Shown here: positions 52,058 to 62,741 of the stretch, one piece after another
Position numbering within the stretch: the stretch's first letter is position 1
Layout: the number at the start of each line of letters is the position of its first letter
Assembly: GCA_963674865.2 (NCBI GenBank)
Contig: CAXXYE010000009.1
Span: forward strand, 800,001 to 864,000
Source of the DNA: Candidatus Hydrogenedentota bacterium
GTDB lineage: Bacteria; Hydrogenedentota; Hydrogenedentia; Hydrogenedentales; SLHB01
DNA: 64,000 nt
Reading direction: 5' to 3'
Program-made: the position numbers and the translations under genes
Notes under the pieces: generated by a model
The model's input: only the letters and a program-made list of their open reading frames with translations
Told to the model about the DNA's origin: nothing
The model's database searches: none

Positions 52058-53545
52058 TCAGTCCGTCCTCATTTCGTCGAAGATCGCCGCCAAACACGCG
52101 GAGATGTCTTGGCGTATACTCTTGTCCGGCGGCGCCGCAAACGCATAACCTATCAGGATATTCTCGCCTGCGGCTGACTTGACGAGCAGTGTCTCCTGGG
52201 GGGGCTCTGTTTCGTTCTCTTGTTCGTCGTCGGCCGAACCCATTAACCGCGTCCCGTCCTCCATGCAGAGTTCGAGGCGCCGAAGGCCGAGTTCGTAGCG
52301 GCAAAGCTCGAGGAGTAGGTCGGTGGCTCGTTCGCCGATCTTGTCGTTGATGCGGAGTGCCGCATACTGCCCCAGCGCGCGAAACACCTTGTTGCGTTCA
52401 CGCCGTGCGATGGTCTTGCGGAAGCCGGTAGGGCGGAGGTATCCGGCCAGCCAGGCAATGTAAATGAGCGCTCCACAGTACAAGGCATAGGGACACCACG
52501 CCCAGATCGAGTGTCCCGGCACAACGGCAGATATGATGCCGGCCGCGGCCAGGAGCAGCGCCACGGCGTAGAGGGTGAGGACGACCCTGGGCTGCGAATA
52601 ACCCATTTCCAGGAGCCGGTGGTGTGTGTGGCGGTTGTCGCCGACGAAGATCGGTGCGCCGCGGAGATAGCGCCTCAAGATTGACACCAGCGTCTCGAAG
52701 ATCGGGAAACCCAGCGCCAGCATGGGCGCAAGAATGATCGCCGCGGCCTCCGATTTTTGAGTTCCCATAAGCGCCATGGTAGCCAGGGCGTATCCCAGGA
52801 ACATGCTGCCGGTATCGCCGAGGAAGATCTTGGCCGGGGGAAAGTTGTAGAGGAGGAATGCCAGCAGACATCCGGCCATAGCGAGGCTGGCAAGTGTGAG
52901 GTACGCGTTCCCCTGGACAATGCCAAGTCCGACGAGTGCGCCGGCGCCGATGAGCGCGATTCCCGTGGCGAGTCCATCGATGCCGTCGATTAGATTGAAT
53001 GCGTTGATGAGGCCCACCACCCAGAGCGTCGAGAGCAACGCGCCCAGCCACAATGCAAAGCGCACGTTGCCTATCAGCGGCATATTGACGGACGTGAGCG
53101 CGTAGCCGGACAGGGAGACGAACACGGCGACGACGATTTGGCCCAGCAGCTTGTATCTGGCCCGCATGCCCCGGGCATCGTCTACCAGGCCTATGGCGAC
53201 AATGGCCACGCCGCCCACGGCGAACGTCAGGAAGTCTTTTCTATTGAACGCGAAATCGTAGAAGGGGCTGAAGATCTCCCTATGGTGGCGCCACATCCAT
53301 TGCCAATTGCTGAAAACGAGGTATCCTGCCGTTGCGGCCGCCAGCCCGAGCAGAATGAGCGGCGCGGCAATTCCCAAGCCCCCCAAGAGTGGCCTTGCGC
53401 TTCGCGAGATCTTGCGGTAGCCGCCTCTGTCAACCGCGTCGACCTTCCATGCCAAGCGTATAACCGCGGGCGTGAGCGCTGCCGTGGCTATCAGACAGCC
53501 AAAAAAGAGTCCGCACGCCGTCCCGATCAACGTCAGTGTGGTCAA
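52058..53545 (-). CDS. MraY/WecA family polyprenyl-phosphate HexNAc-1-phosphate transferase with C-terminal extension
   Basis: GLVDD, NAFNLIDGIDGLA, YNFPPAKIFLGDTGSMFLG and DNRHTHHRL. Confidence 0.92.
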   Translation of the reverse strand: MTTLTLIGTACGLFFGCLIATAALTPAVIRLAWKVDAVDRGGYRKISRSARPLLGGLGIAAPLILLGLAAATAGYLVFSNWQWMWRHHREIFSPFYDFAFNRKDFLTFAVGGVAIVAIGLVDDARGMRARYKLLGQIVVAVFVSLSGYALTSVNMPLIGNVRFALWLGALLSTLWVVGLINAFNLIDGIDGLATGIALIGAGALVGLGIVQGNAYLTLASLAMAGCLLAFLLYNFPPAKIFLGDTGSMFLGYALATMALMGTQKSEAAAIILAPMLALGFPIFETLVSILRRYLRGAPIFVGDNRHTHHRLLEMGYSQPRVVLTLYAVALLLAAAGIISAVVPGHSIWAWCPYALYCGALIYIAWLAGYLRPTGFRKTIARRERNKVFRALGQYAALRINDKIGERATDLLLELCRYELGLRRLELCMEDGTRLMGSADDEQENETEPPQETLLVKSAAGENILIGYAFAAPPDKSIRQDISACLAAIFDEMRTD

Positions 53546-53740
53546 GAGGACACCCTTCTGCTTTTTCCATGAACGGCCCCAAATACGCCATCCCGAGCAG
53601 GTGACACATTCTAAAGGCTCTCAAGAATACATACAACCAGGCATTCGTCAGCGCGTGTATCGCTCCTCGGCATTCGCTATAATGCGACACGACAGAAGTC
53701 CAGACTCCGCGCGCGTTTGTATTGGCCGCCAGGGATCGCC

Positions 53741-54844
53741 GTGAAACTCTTGAGCCGTCATATTCTCCGCGAGATCGCCGTGCCGGCGGTGCTCTCCCTC
53801 ACCGTGGTGAGCTTCATCGCCGTTGCGGGGGAATTGCGTGAACGTGTCGCGGAACTGCCCGTGGCTTTTATCACCATGGGGGACTTGGCCCAGCTGGCCG
53901 TGTTGGCGCTCCCGATGGTGGTGTCGTACATTATTCCAGTCACCTACATGATGGGCATCTTGTTGGCCTTTGGCCGACTGGCGCAGGATGGCGAGATCAC
54001 GGCCATGAAGGCGGCGGGCATCCCGCTCAAGCGCGCGATTCAACCCGTCGTCCTGGGGGGCGTCGTGCTGACTCTTGTGTGCTTCATCATCCAGGATCGA
54101 ATCCAGCCATGGTCCGTGGCACACCTGCGCACGCTCATGGCGGAGGACCTGCCGCGCCGCCGGAGCATAGACGTCCTTCCCGCGGGCACCGTACAGGAAT
54201 TCAACGACTGGCGCGTCTATATCGGGGGGAAGGATCCGGAAGACAACACCTGGCGGAATGTCGAGGTCCTTGTGCCCGAAGGCGACGACAGTGCCCAGAC
54301 GTTCTACGCAAAGTCGGCCTCCGTTGTTCGGCGCGACGGCGCGACTTGGCTCGAACTCAGGAACGGGCACTGGATCCAACCTGAAGCGGATCAGCTTGGA
54401 TGGACTACCTTCCAGGAGTTTGTCAAGCGGGTGCCCGACTTCGCGGCGAAGAAGGTCAGCGGCCGGAACATGGCGCTTTCGCTGGGGGGGCTGCTAGCGC
54501 TTGAGGCTGAATTGACCAAGAAAGATGAGGAAGCCGCCTCGCTTGCCCTCAAGAAGCGCCTCTACGGCGTTCGCGAGGAGGTGAACAAGCGTGTTTCCAT
54601 CCCTCTCGCCTGCCTCGCCGTCACTTTGGTTAGTGCACCTCTCGGCGTGCGCGCGCGGCGTTCGGGGCGGTCGTTCAGCTTCGCCGTCGGCTCCGGCGTA
54701 ATTCTGGTCTACTACCTCCTTTTCATGGTTATGCAGCCTCAGTCGCTCCACCCGCTCAACGAGGTCGTGCTGCGAGGCATGATTCCCAACGCTCTGTTCG
54801 TCCTGGCCGGGAGCGTGCTCTTATGGCGTGTCGATCGCGTGTAG
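53741..54844 (+). CDS. lptF: LPS export ABC permease LptF/LptG family
   Basis: RHILREI, FGRLAQDGEITAMKAAGI and C-terminal PNALF; first of a tandem pair. Confidence 0.85.
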   Translation: MKLLSRHILREIAVPAVLSLTVVSFIAVAGELRERVAELPVAFITMGDLAQLAVLALPMVVSYIIPVTYMMGILLAFGRLAQDGEITAMKAAGIPLKRAIQPVVLGGVVLTLVCFIIQDRIQPWSVAHLRTLMAEDLPRRRSIDVLPAGTVQEFNDWRVYIGGKDPEDNTWRNVEVLVPEGDDSAQTFYAKSASVVRRDGATWLELRNGHWIQPEADQLGWTTFQEFVKRVPDFAAKKVSGRNMALSLGGLLALEAELTKKDEEAASLALKKRLYGVREEVNKRVSIPLACLAVTLVSAPLGVRARRSGRSFSFAVGSGVILVYYLLFMVMQPQSLHPLNEVVLRGMIPNALFVLAGSVLLWRVDRV

Positions 54845-54875
54845 GGCTGCGGATGCAATCTGTCAGAGATCATTC

Positions 54876-55958
54876 ATGAAAACCTTGGACAAGTACCTGC
54901 TCAGGAAGATGGCGGCATCGCTGATCAAGGTTCTCGTCGCATTCATCATCCTCTATATCTTGGTAGACCTTCTCAGTACGCGGCGGGAGGCCATCTTGAA
55001 GTACGATGTGCCGGGCGATGTCGTTCTGGCCTACTACGCAGCCATGATTCCACAAATCATCGGCCGGGTGGCGGCGCTGGCCATGCTTGTCTGCGGGCTG
55101 TTGGTTCTCGGCAATATGGCGCAGGATAATGAGGTGACCGCCGCCTTGGCGGGCGGCGTCAGTCTACGGCGGCTTGTTCTTGTACCTGCCGCGCTCGCGG
55201 GCGTCTTCGCCGTGGGGGTCTTCGCCCTTCAGGAGACTATCGGCCCTCGCGCAGCCCAGAAGGCAAGCGCTATCAAAGGCAAGTATTTCTCAAAGAATCC
55301 CGATATCGATCGCCCGGGGGTTAGTTGGGCGAACCTCGACGGGGGGTGGTCGGTGCATATCCTGAAATTCAATCGGCTGGCGCTCACGGGAGAGCACGTG
55401 TTCGCGGAGTGTATTCGCGCCGATCGCGTTGAATATATCCGCGCCCGTCGAATCTACTGGGATGGAAACCTGAGCCGATGGATGCTTGAGGATGGCCGTT
55501 GGGCCGTTTTTGAGCCGGATCTGGAGCAGAAACTCGAAGATCGGCGCATTACGCTGGCCGCCGCCCCGATCCAGGAGCCCCCGAAGCGACTTTTTGCCCT
55601 CGCCATGGAATCCGATACCAAGAGTGCCGCCAGTCTCGCCGCGGACCTCAAGTACGCCCGGCGTCGAGGCATACCCACACGGCATCTTTGGGTGGACTAC
55701 TACATCAAGTTCTCGCAGCCCGCGGTGGCTTTTGTTATGATATGGCTGGCGATACCCTTCGCCATGAAACTGCGTCGCGGCGGCCTGGCTATCAGTTTCG
55801 GAGTCAGCATCGCGATTGCGATAGCGTACCTGGTTGTGTATGGCACCGGGGTCGGGCTGGGTCACGTAGGCCATCTGGCCCCATTTGCGGCGGCTTGGTG
55901 CGCTAACGGATTATTCTTGATCGTGGGACTTGTCCTGTTCGTCAAGACCCCCACATGA
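54876..55958 (+). CDS. lptG: LPS export ABC permease LptF/LptG family
   Basis: LDKYLLR, DNEVTAALAGGVS and PFAAAWCANGLF; second of the pair. Confidence 0.85.
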   Translation: MKTLDKYLLRKMAASLIKVLVAFIILYILVDLLSTRREAILKYDVPGDVVLAYYAAMIPQIIGRVAALAMLVCGLLVLGNMAQDNEVTAALAGGVSLRRLVLVPAALAGVFAVGVFALQETIGPRAAQKASAIKGKYFSKNPDIDRPGVSWANLDGGWSVHILKFNRLALTGEHVFAECIRADRVEYIRARRIYWDGNLSRWMLEDGRWAVFEPDLEQKLEDRRITLAAAPIQEPPKRLFALAMESDTKSAASLAADLKYARRRGIPTRHLWVDYYIKFSQPAVAFVMIWLAIPFAMKLRRGGLAISFGVSIAIAIAYLVVYGTGVGLGHVGHLAPFAAAWCANGLFLIVGLVLFVKTPT

Positions 55959-55983
55959 ACGCCGTCCCGGATAGGAGGAGATA

Positions 55984-57183
55984 ATGCCATCTATGAGTTC
56001 AGACTATGCGGCCCGGTCGCTCGAGGCCCTGGCCGCGCGTTGTGGCGACTTGGCGCCCATTAAGCAGCGTATCCGGCAGCACCATATCGAGACCCCCTCT
56101 TGGGCGTACGGCGATTCAGGAACTCGTTTTCAGGTCTTTTCTCAGCCCGGCGCGGCCCGCAACCCCTTCGAGAAGCTCGAAGACGCGGGCATGGTTCACA
56201 GGCTTACAGGCGTTGCTCCCTCCGTTGCCATTCACATTCCGTGGGACAAGGTAGACGACTTCGCCGCGCTCGCCGCATGCGCCGAGGAAAACGGCGTGCG
56301 CATTGGCGCCGTCAACCCGAACCTGTTCCAGGAGCCTGAATACAAGCTCGGGAGCCTGACGAATGAGGACGCAGCGGCGCGCCGAAAGGCCCTCGACCAT
56401 CTTCTCGAATGCATCGAGATCGGGAAGATCGTCGGTTCGGATATCCAGAGCCTTTGGTTTGCCGACGGCACGAACTATCCGGGGCAGGGCGACTTCCGCC
56501 GCAGGAAGGGATGGCTCCAAGAGGGCCTTCAGGCCGCCTACGACGCGATGCCGGGCAATATGCGCATGCTCCTCGAGTACAAGGGTTTCGAGCCGGCTTT
56601 CTACCATACCGATATCGCCGATTGGGGCATGTCCTATGCGCTCTGTTCCCACCTCGGAGAGCGTGCCCAGGTCCTGATTGACCTCGGGCACCACGCGCTT
56701 GGGACCAATATTGAGCATATTGTCGCCTTTCTTATCGATGAGCACCGAATGGGCGGGTTCCATTTCAATAACAAGAAATACGCTGACGACGACCTGACGG
56801 TGGGGAGCATCAATCCATACGAGCTCTTCCTCATCTACAACGAACTCGTTGCCGCGGAAGACGCGCCCGATGTCCACACCAACGTGGCTTACATGATCGA
56901 CCAGAGCCATAATGTGAAGCCGAAGATCGAGGCCATGATCCAGTCCGTCATGACCTGTCAGGCCGCTTATGCCAAGGCCCTGCTGGTCGATCGCGCCGCC
57001 TTGCGCGAGGCCCAGCAACAGGGCGACATCGTCGGCGCCGAGGAGATTCTGCTGGATGCCTTCCAGACGGATGTCCGGCCTCTCTTGGCCCAACTTCGTG
57101 AAGATATGGGACTTCACCCGCAGCCGATCGAGGCCCTTCACGAGAGCGGCTATCTGGATAAGGTCCTGGCGGCCCGCGCATGA
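55984..57183 (+). CDS. rhaI: L-rhamnose isomerase (RhaI subtype)
   Basis: [59 protein letters not shown] and MIDQSHN. Confidence 0.92.
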   Translation: MPSMSSDYAARSLEALAARCGDLAPIKQRIRQHHIETPSWAYGDSGTRFQVFSQPGAARNPFEKLEDAGMVHRLTGVAPSVAIHIPWDKVDDFAALAACAEENGVRIGAVNPNLFQEPEYKLGSLTNEDAAARRKALDHLLECIEIGKIVGSDIQSLWFADGTNYPGQGDFRRRKGWLQEGLQAAYDAMPGNMRMLLEYKGFEPAFYHTDIADWGMSYALCSHLGERAQVLIDLGHHALGTNIEHIVAFLIDEHRMGGFHFNNKKYADDDLTVGSINPYELFLIYNELVAAEDAPDVHTNVAYMIDQSHNVKPKIEAMIQSVMTCQAAYAKALLVDRAALREAQQQGDIVGAEEILLDAFQTDVRPLLAQLREDMGLHPQPIEALHESGYLDKVLAARA

Positions 57184-57370
57184 AACGCCGTTAGCGGCCC
57201 ATGGGCCGGAGGGCAAACCACGCCGTCGCAAATAGACAGATTCGGGAGTCTCTCGCGGTGCGGCATTGACACTATCGGAGATTCCCATTTAGCCTTGCCG
57301 TATCACAGGGCGTCTGCTACACTACACTCGGAGGGGGGCCACCGGCCCCTCGTGAGGAAGGAGGGGTTCA

Positions 57371-58912
57371 ATGAGCAGATTCGTGCGTAGTGGGATGTTC
57401 CTGGTCATTATGACGGCGGTGGCCGTCGCCGGGGGCCTGTATGCGGAACCCGCAGCCGGCGAGGGGTGGACCGGCCACCTCGAAGCGCTCGGCCTAACGG
57501 GCACTATAGACACTCTCCCAATGCCGCGCGATTGGACGGTCAAGCAGATATCGAGCCGCGACCCCGCCGGCAGCAATAACGACGATACCTACTGCGCGTA
57601 CCCATTCGACGAGGGCCTCGTGCTCGCAAACCTCAAGGGACCTGGGTGCGTCATGCGCATATGGGTGCGCGATCCGGTCGGTACGCTCAACATCTACATC
57701 GACAATCTTACGGCCCCTCTCATCGAGATCCCCTTTGAGGACCTTTTCAGCGGCTACCTGGAACTCTTTGGCCCGCCCTTTGTCGGCCGGCAGGGAGGGG
57801 GGTATTACTGCTACGTTCCCATGCCTTTCAAGGAGAGTTGCTGCATTCTCGTGCGCGGCAACGTGGACAGGCTGGCCTACCAGGTTACGTACGCCGAGTT
57901 CCCCGAGGGAACGCGGCTTGCCTCCTTCCGCCCGCCTTTCACGATGCCTCTGGAGGCTGATGATGAGGCCTATCTGCTCCGGTGGGCGCGCGAATGGAAG
58001 ACCGCCCGCGAGCTCCGGTTTGCGGATTCCGAGAAGGAGAAGTATCACAAGACCTCGCGTTGGATCTGGCCCGGTGAAGACGTGCTTCTCTGGACCTATG
58101 AGGGGCCCGCTGTCATCACGGAACTCGAGATGGCTCTTTCCTGCAGCGATCCCAGTATCCTCGAGAAGGCTTGGATTAAGATGTATTGGGACGGCAATCC
58201 CGAGCCGGGCATCGTAGCGCCGGCGGGCGCCTTGTTCGGAAGCGGGAATCCCAGCGCCGGTAATTTCGGCGGCCCGGCTTTTGGTAGGGAGGGCGAGCGC
58301 TTGTGGCTTCGCTATCCTATGCCTTTCAAGTCTCAGGCCAAGCTATACGTGGTCAATACGTCCGAGGACGTGATCGAACTCTCGTATAACACCACGTGGC
58401 GGCCCGACTCCACGGAGGGGTGCCTTTATTTTAACGCACGGTACAACGAGGCGCAGACCGAGGCCGACAAACCGTATTGCCTAGCTGCTATCAAGGGCGT
58501 CGGCCACCTAGTCGGGTGCACTTTCCGGGCGCAAGGCGGGCAGTCTTTCCGGTTCCTGGAGGGCGACGAGAGTCTTATCGTCGACGACGAGGAGACGGCT
58601 GGATACGCGGGTACCGGAACGGACGAGTACTTCAACGGCGGCTGGTACTTCAAGGGGGGGCCGTTCTGCACTCCCACGCACGGTTGCACGGGGAAGGGCA
58701 AGACGCCTGAGCCTCACATTGCGGCTTACCGGTGCCTCCTAACGGACGCGGTGCCGTTCAAGAAGTCGTTGCGGTTCCTTCTGGAGCACGGCCCGCGAAA
58801 TGACGAGCCCGATGTGTCTTACTCCAGCGTGGCGTTCTGGTACCAGGAAGATGTCAAGCCCGATGCTTGGCCCGTGACGGCCATCGACACGCGAAGGGTA
58901 GCTGAAAGATAG
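57371..58912 (+). CDS. Secreted DUF2961 (GH172-like) protein
   Basis: Signal peptide, SSRDPAGSNND, GPGCVMRIW, YVPMPF twice, FLEGDE, GTGTDEYFNGGWY, LEHG and SVAFWYQ. Confidence 0.85.
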   Translation: MSRFVRSGMFLVIMTAVAVAGGLYAEPAAGEGWTGHLEALGLTGTIDTLPMPRDWTVKQISSRDPAGSNNDDTYCAYPFDEGLVLANLKGPGCVMRIWVRDPVGTLNIYIDNLTAPLIEIPFEDLFSGYLELFGPPFVGRQGGGYYCYVPMPFKESCCILVRGNVDRLAYQVTYAEFPEGTRLASFRPPFTMPLEADDEAYLLRWAREWKTARELRFADSEKEKYHKTSRWIWPGEDVLLWTYEGPAVITELEMALSCSDPSILEKAWIKMYWDGNPEPGIVAPAGALFGSGNPSAGNFGGPAFGREGERLWLRYPMPFKSQAKLYVVNTSEDVIELSYNTTWRPDSTEGCLYFNARYNEAQTEADKPYCLAAIKGVGHLVGCTFRAQGGQSFRFLEGDESLIVDDEETAGYAGTGTDEYFNGGWYFKGGPFCTPTHGCTGKGKTPEPHIAAYRCLLTDAVPFKKSLRFLLEHGPRNDEPDVSYSSVAFWYQEDVKPDAWPVTAIDTRRVAER

Positions 58913-58919
58913 GTTCTTG

Positions 58920-61508
58920 ATGGCCCAGTCCCCGGCGGAGGCAGTCGCCGACTTTCTTGAGGCGAATCGGGATGCGTATCTGGCCGAGGTGGCCGAGCTA
59001 CTGACTTCTCTGTTGTCTTCCACATCGCACCCTACTCTTGAGCAGTGGTGTGACTCTTGCGTCGACTACCTCCGAGGCGAGCGCGCGTGTTTTCCCGAGT
59101 GGACCGCCGCCTACCTGAGGGGCATTGACGCTCAAGACGCCAACACGGCCGATATTCTCGAGAATATCCGGCAGGCTCGGGAACTCACCATCGAGTTCTG
59201 CGCGGGACGCATTCCTGGTTTCTCCCGCGCCGAGATCTGTTGTGCCGTTGTCGCCGCCTCCGACCAGGTCACGAAACACCTATTCGAACATCTCTGCGAT
59301 CGTGTCCGCCGCGTGGTTGCCGGCGAGCGCCGCCGCCTGGGGGCGACAGCAGAGGCCATGGATTCCGCCTTCGTTGTCCTTGATAGCAGCGACAATATCC
59401 ATTTCGCCAACACGCGGGTCGCAGACCTCCTCGGCGTACAGAAGGAGGCCTTATTCGGCAAAGGCTTCCTCTCACTCTGCGACGCGGCCACCGCCGAAGA
59501 AACTCGTCGCCGCCTTCGGAAAAAGGGAGCCACAGCCGCGTTGAGCGTACAGGGGCGACTTCTCGACTCAGCGGGCGAGCCCGTCCCTGCCGACTTCTCC
59601 ATACTTCCCATACACGATGATGAAGGGCTACGAAGCGGCGCTACCATTGTGGTATCGCCGCAGGCAACGCTTCTTACGCAAACAATGGCTGCTGAGATCC
59701 CTGGCCTGGATGCGCTCCCATTCGGCGTGGCCGTAGCCAAGAAGGACCACACAATCCCCTTTGCCAATCGCAGGTTTCGCCGATGGCTTCCATTGCCCGC
59801 CCAGCCCGATGCGCAGCCGGACATCGTAGACGTCTTGTCCGGCCTCGTGCTTGACGCCGGTGAATTCGTCCGGCAGGCGTGGCGTGGCGTGGCTTCTCAT
59901 GTGGCCGCTTGCCGGAGCAAGAAGTTCCTCGTCGTGGCGTCCTCCTGCGCGGGGCAGGGCCAAGATGCGCTGCTTGTTTGCGGCATCGTTCCTTTCCCCG
60001 ATTCCAAGCAGACTCATGCGTTGGGCGTCGACATGGGCCAGGTGGTGTCCGAAGTGCTGGGCGCCGCGGCATTTATCATCGATAAGGATGGGGGTGTGGC
60101 GTACGCCAACGATATCAGCCGCAACTGGCTCAAAGTCGGCTCTGCCGACGAGATCAAGTATTGCTGCGGTCTCCATCGAGACGAAGAGGGCAATTGCGCC
60201 GACTGCTTCCGAACCGGTGTCTTTGAGAGCGGCTCTACGTACCGCGCCATTGTTCGTGGAGAGAATCGGGAGAATGAACCGGCCTGGCTTGAACTTATCT
60301 CGGTGCCCATCAAGAATGATAAGCGTGAGGTGACGCATATTGCTCGGATTGTCCGGGATGTAACCGAGCGGCGGAATCTCGAGAATCAGCTCCTGAACCG
60401 CCGCGGCGTGTCTCCCATATCTCAATTAGCCGTCGGCGTAGCCCACGAACTCCGGAATCCTCTTGGCGTCATGATCGGCCTCGCTGAGATGCTGGCTCAG
60501 GGTGTTCCCCCCGAGAATGTCGGCGCGGCCGGCAACAAGCTGCTCCAGAACGGACTGCGGTGCAAGAAGATTCTGGAGGATCTGCTTGAATTTGGACGCG
60601 AGTTGCCGAGCCATCGTGTTGCGACCGACGTGAATCGCCTCATACGTGAGCGCATTGTGCCCTTCTATCCGGCCTCTCAGGCCGGCCGAATCACGTGGGC
60701 CCTCAATCCTGAGGCGCCCCAGGTCGAATGCGCGCCCCAGCAGATCACTCGAGTCATTACGAACCTTGTTGACAACGCCCTGTTTGCCGCGGCCGGGAGT
60801 GTCAACGTCGAGACAATACCGCATGTGGGCGGTGTCAAGATCCGTGTCACGGATGATGGCCCCGGAGTGCCCAAGTCATTACAGAATAGGATCTTCGAGC
60901 CTTTCTTCAGCACACGGAAGGAGGAGGGAGCCGTGGGCCTTGGCCTGAGTCTCTCGCAGATGGCCGTTCGGGATCATGGCGGGGAACTCACGCTGGCCGA
61001 CACTGAAACGGGGGCGTGCTTCGTTATCGATCTGCCGCGAATTGGCCCGGCCGCGTTGCGAACCGGTGTCGGCGGGCCGAGCCGAGGAAGTGCAGGGAAG
61101 GTGCTGATCGTCGATGATGAGGTCGATCTTCTAGAAGTGCTCGAAACCGCGCTCGTATCCAAAGACTATGAGGTCGATACTGCCGCTTCCGGCGACGCAG
61201 CTATTGACCTGGTAACGGCGAACGTCTACGACCTCATTGTACTGGACGTGCTGTTGCCGGGGCGTTATGGCGGCCGCGAGATCTATCATTTCCTTAAGAC
61301 CGAAAAGCACGAACTCGCCGAGCGCGCTTTGTTCATCACCGCCGATACGATGAACTACGAGACGCGGCATTTCCTCGATCAAGTCAGCCGGCCGTATATG
61401 GAGAAGCCCTTCCTGATATCGGAGTTCGCTGCTCAGGTCGAGGGGCTCTTGACTTCGCTAGGGCGCATCGCGCCTCCTTCCGCCCCGGCGGTGGAGAATT
61501 CCACCTAG
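58920..61508 (+). CDS. Cytoplasmic hybrid sensor histidine kinase (PAS domains, HisKA, HATPase, receiver)
   Basis: H-box AHELRNPL, NLVDNA, DDGPG, FEPFFST and GLGL; receiver VLIVDDE..LDVLLP..EKPF. Confidence 0.93.
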   Translation: MAQSPAEAVADFLEANRDAYLAEVAELLTSLLSSTSHPTLEQWCDSCVDYLRGERACFPEWTAAYLRGIDAQDANTADILENIRQARELTIEFCAGRIPGFSRAEICCAVVAASDQVTKHLFEHLCDRVRRVVAGERRRLGATAEAMDSAFVVLDSSDNIHFANTRVADLLGVQKEALFGKGFLSLCDAATAEETRRRLRKKGATAALSVQGRLLDSAGEPVPADFSILPIHDDEGLRSGATIVVSPQATLLTQTMAAEIPGLDALPFGVAVAKKDHTIPFANRRFRRWLPLPAQPDAQPDIVDVLSGLVLDAGEFVRQAWRGVASHVAACRSKKFLVVASSCAGQGQDALLVCGIVPFPDSKQTHALGVDMGQVVSEVLGAAAFIIDKDGGVAYANDISRNWLKVGSADEIKYCCGLHRDEEGNCADCFRTGVFESGSTYRAIVRGENRENEPAWLELISVPIKNDKREVTHIARIVRDVTERRNLENQLLNRRGVSPISQLAVGVAHELRNPLGVMIGLAEMLAQGVPPENVGAAGNKLLQNGLRCKKILEDLLEFGRELPSHRVATDVNRLIRERIVPFYPASQAGRITWALNPEAPQVECAPQQITRVITNLVDNALFAAAGSVNVETIPHVGGVKIRVTDDGPGVPKSLQNRIFEPFFSTRKEEGAVGLGLSLSQMAVRDHGGELTLADTETGACFVIDLPRIGPAALRTGVGGPSRGSAGKVLIVDDEVDLLEVLETALVSKDYEVDTAASGDAAIDLVTANVYDLIVLDVLLPGRYGGREIYHFLKTEKHELAERALFITADTMNYETRHFLDQVSRPYMEKPFLISEFAAQVEGLLTSLGRIAPPSAPAVENST

Positions 61509-61583
61509 CCCCCTCTCTCGCTTGACTGAGCCGCCGGGCTTGTGTTGAATAGGGCTGCGGAGGTCTGGCGGGCGCGTGCAAGA

Positions 61584-61619
61584 TAGTCCGAATGGCTCGT
61601 AGGTAGTTGTCAGCGCCCC
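61584..61619. repeat. Short dispersed intergenic repeat, copy 3 (more diverged)
   Basis: tagtccgaatggctcgtaggtagttgtcagcgcccc shares TAGTCCG and GTAGTTGTC.GCG.CCC with copy 2. Confidence 0.45.
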
Positions 61620-61673
61620 GCGTGTGAGCAAGGCAGGGCAGTCGGAGTCCCATTTCCAGCGGGAGGGCGGTCA

Positions 61674-62621
61674 ATGCAGGCACTGGTTTTCGACGGGGAA
61701 TTGCGCCTCGCCGATGTACCCATGCCCCGCCCGGGATCCGGCGAGGCGCTCGTGCGTGTTCTGACGGCCGGTATCTGCAATACGGATATCGAGATTCTCA
61801 ATGGCTACATGGGATTTCAGGGCATTCCGGGACACGAGTTCGTCGGCATCGTCGAGCAATGCGAGAATCCACACTTGCGCGGCAAACGCGTTGTGGGCGA
61901 GATCAACTGCGTCTGCGGCCTGTGTCAGTATTGCCGCATGGAAATGCCGCACCACTGTCTGGATCGCAGCGTCCTCGGAATCGACAAACGAGACGGCGCC
62001 TTCGCCGAGTACCTTACTTTGCCCGAGGCGAATCTTCACCTGGTGCCGAATTCGATCCGCGACGATGTCGCGGCCTTTGCCGAACCGACCGCCGCCGCCT
62101 TCCGCATTACCGAGCAGATCTCCATCGCACCGGACGACCGCATCATCGTTCTGGGCGACGGCAAGCTCGGCCTGCTTGTCGCTCAGGTGCTGTGGCACTA
62201 CTCGAAGCGGCTGGTTTGTGTCGGCAAACACCCGGAGAAGCTGACCGTCCTGAATGATCTCCACATCGCTACCGCACGCGCGAGTGATCCCATTGAACGC
62301 GGCGCGGATATTGTTGTCGAGGCTACCGGTTCGCACGAGGGATTCTCCCGTGCCCTCGAACTCGTACGGCCGGAGGGCACCGTTGTGGTCAAGACGACGG
62401 GCACGCATCCGGTGGCTATTGACCTGGCCAAGCCCGTGGTCAACGAAGTGCGGATCATCGGATCGCGTTGCGGCCCATTTCGGCCGGCGCTCGAGGCCCT
62501 TGCCTTGGGCAACGTGGAAGTGCGGCCCATGATCACCCAAGCGTTTGAGTTGCGCGACGGCCTGCGTGCTTTTGAACGGGCGAAGCAGCCCGATGCTGTA
62601 AAGGTCCTGCTCCATGTGTGA
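61674..62621 (+). CDS. Zinc-dependent medium-chain alcohol dehydrogenase
   Basis: GICNTD, GHEFVG, structural Zn CVCGLCQYC...C, GDGKLG and GSRCGPF. Confidence 0.93.
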   Translation: MQALVFDGELRLADVPMPRPGSGEALVRVLTAGICNTDIEILNGYMGFQGIPGHEFVGIVEQCENPHLRGKRVVGEINCVCGLCQYCRMEMPHHCLDRSVLGIDKRDGAFAEYLTLPEANLHLVPNSIRDDVAAFAEPTAAAFRITEQISIAPDDRIIVLGDGKLGLLVAQVLWHYSKRLVCVGKHPEKLTVLNDLHIATARASDPIERGADIVVEATGSHEGFSRALELVRPEGTVVVKTTGTHPVAIDLAKPVVNEVRIIGSRCGPFRPALEALALGNVEVRPMITQAFELRDGLRAFERAKQPDAVKVLLHV

Positions 62622-62741
62622 GACGCTACGCTGCCGCGCGGGATCTTCCGCGTCCATGCGAGCGTCTCTGAGCGGGGCGCTGACTGGGAATCCGGGAGTG
62701 AACTGAAGATAGTTATCCGTACCAAGCGAAGGAGCTGAGAA

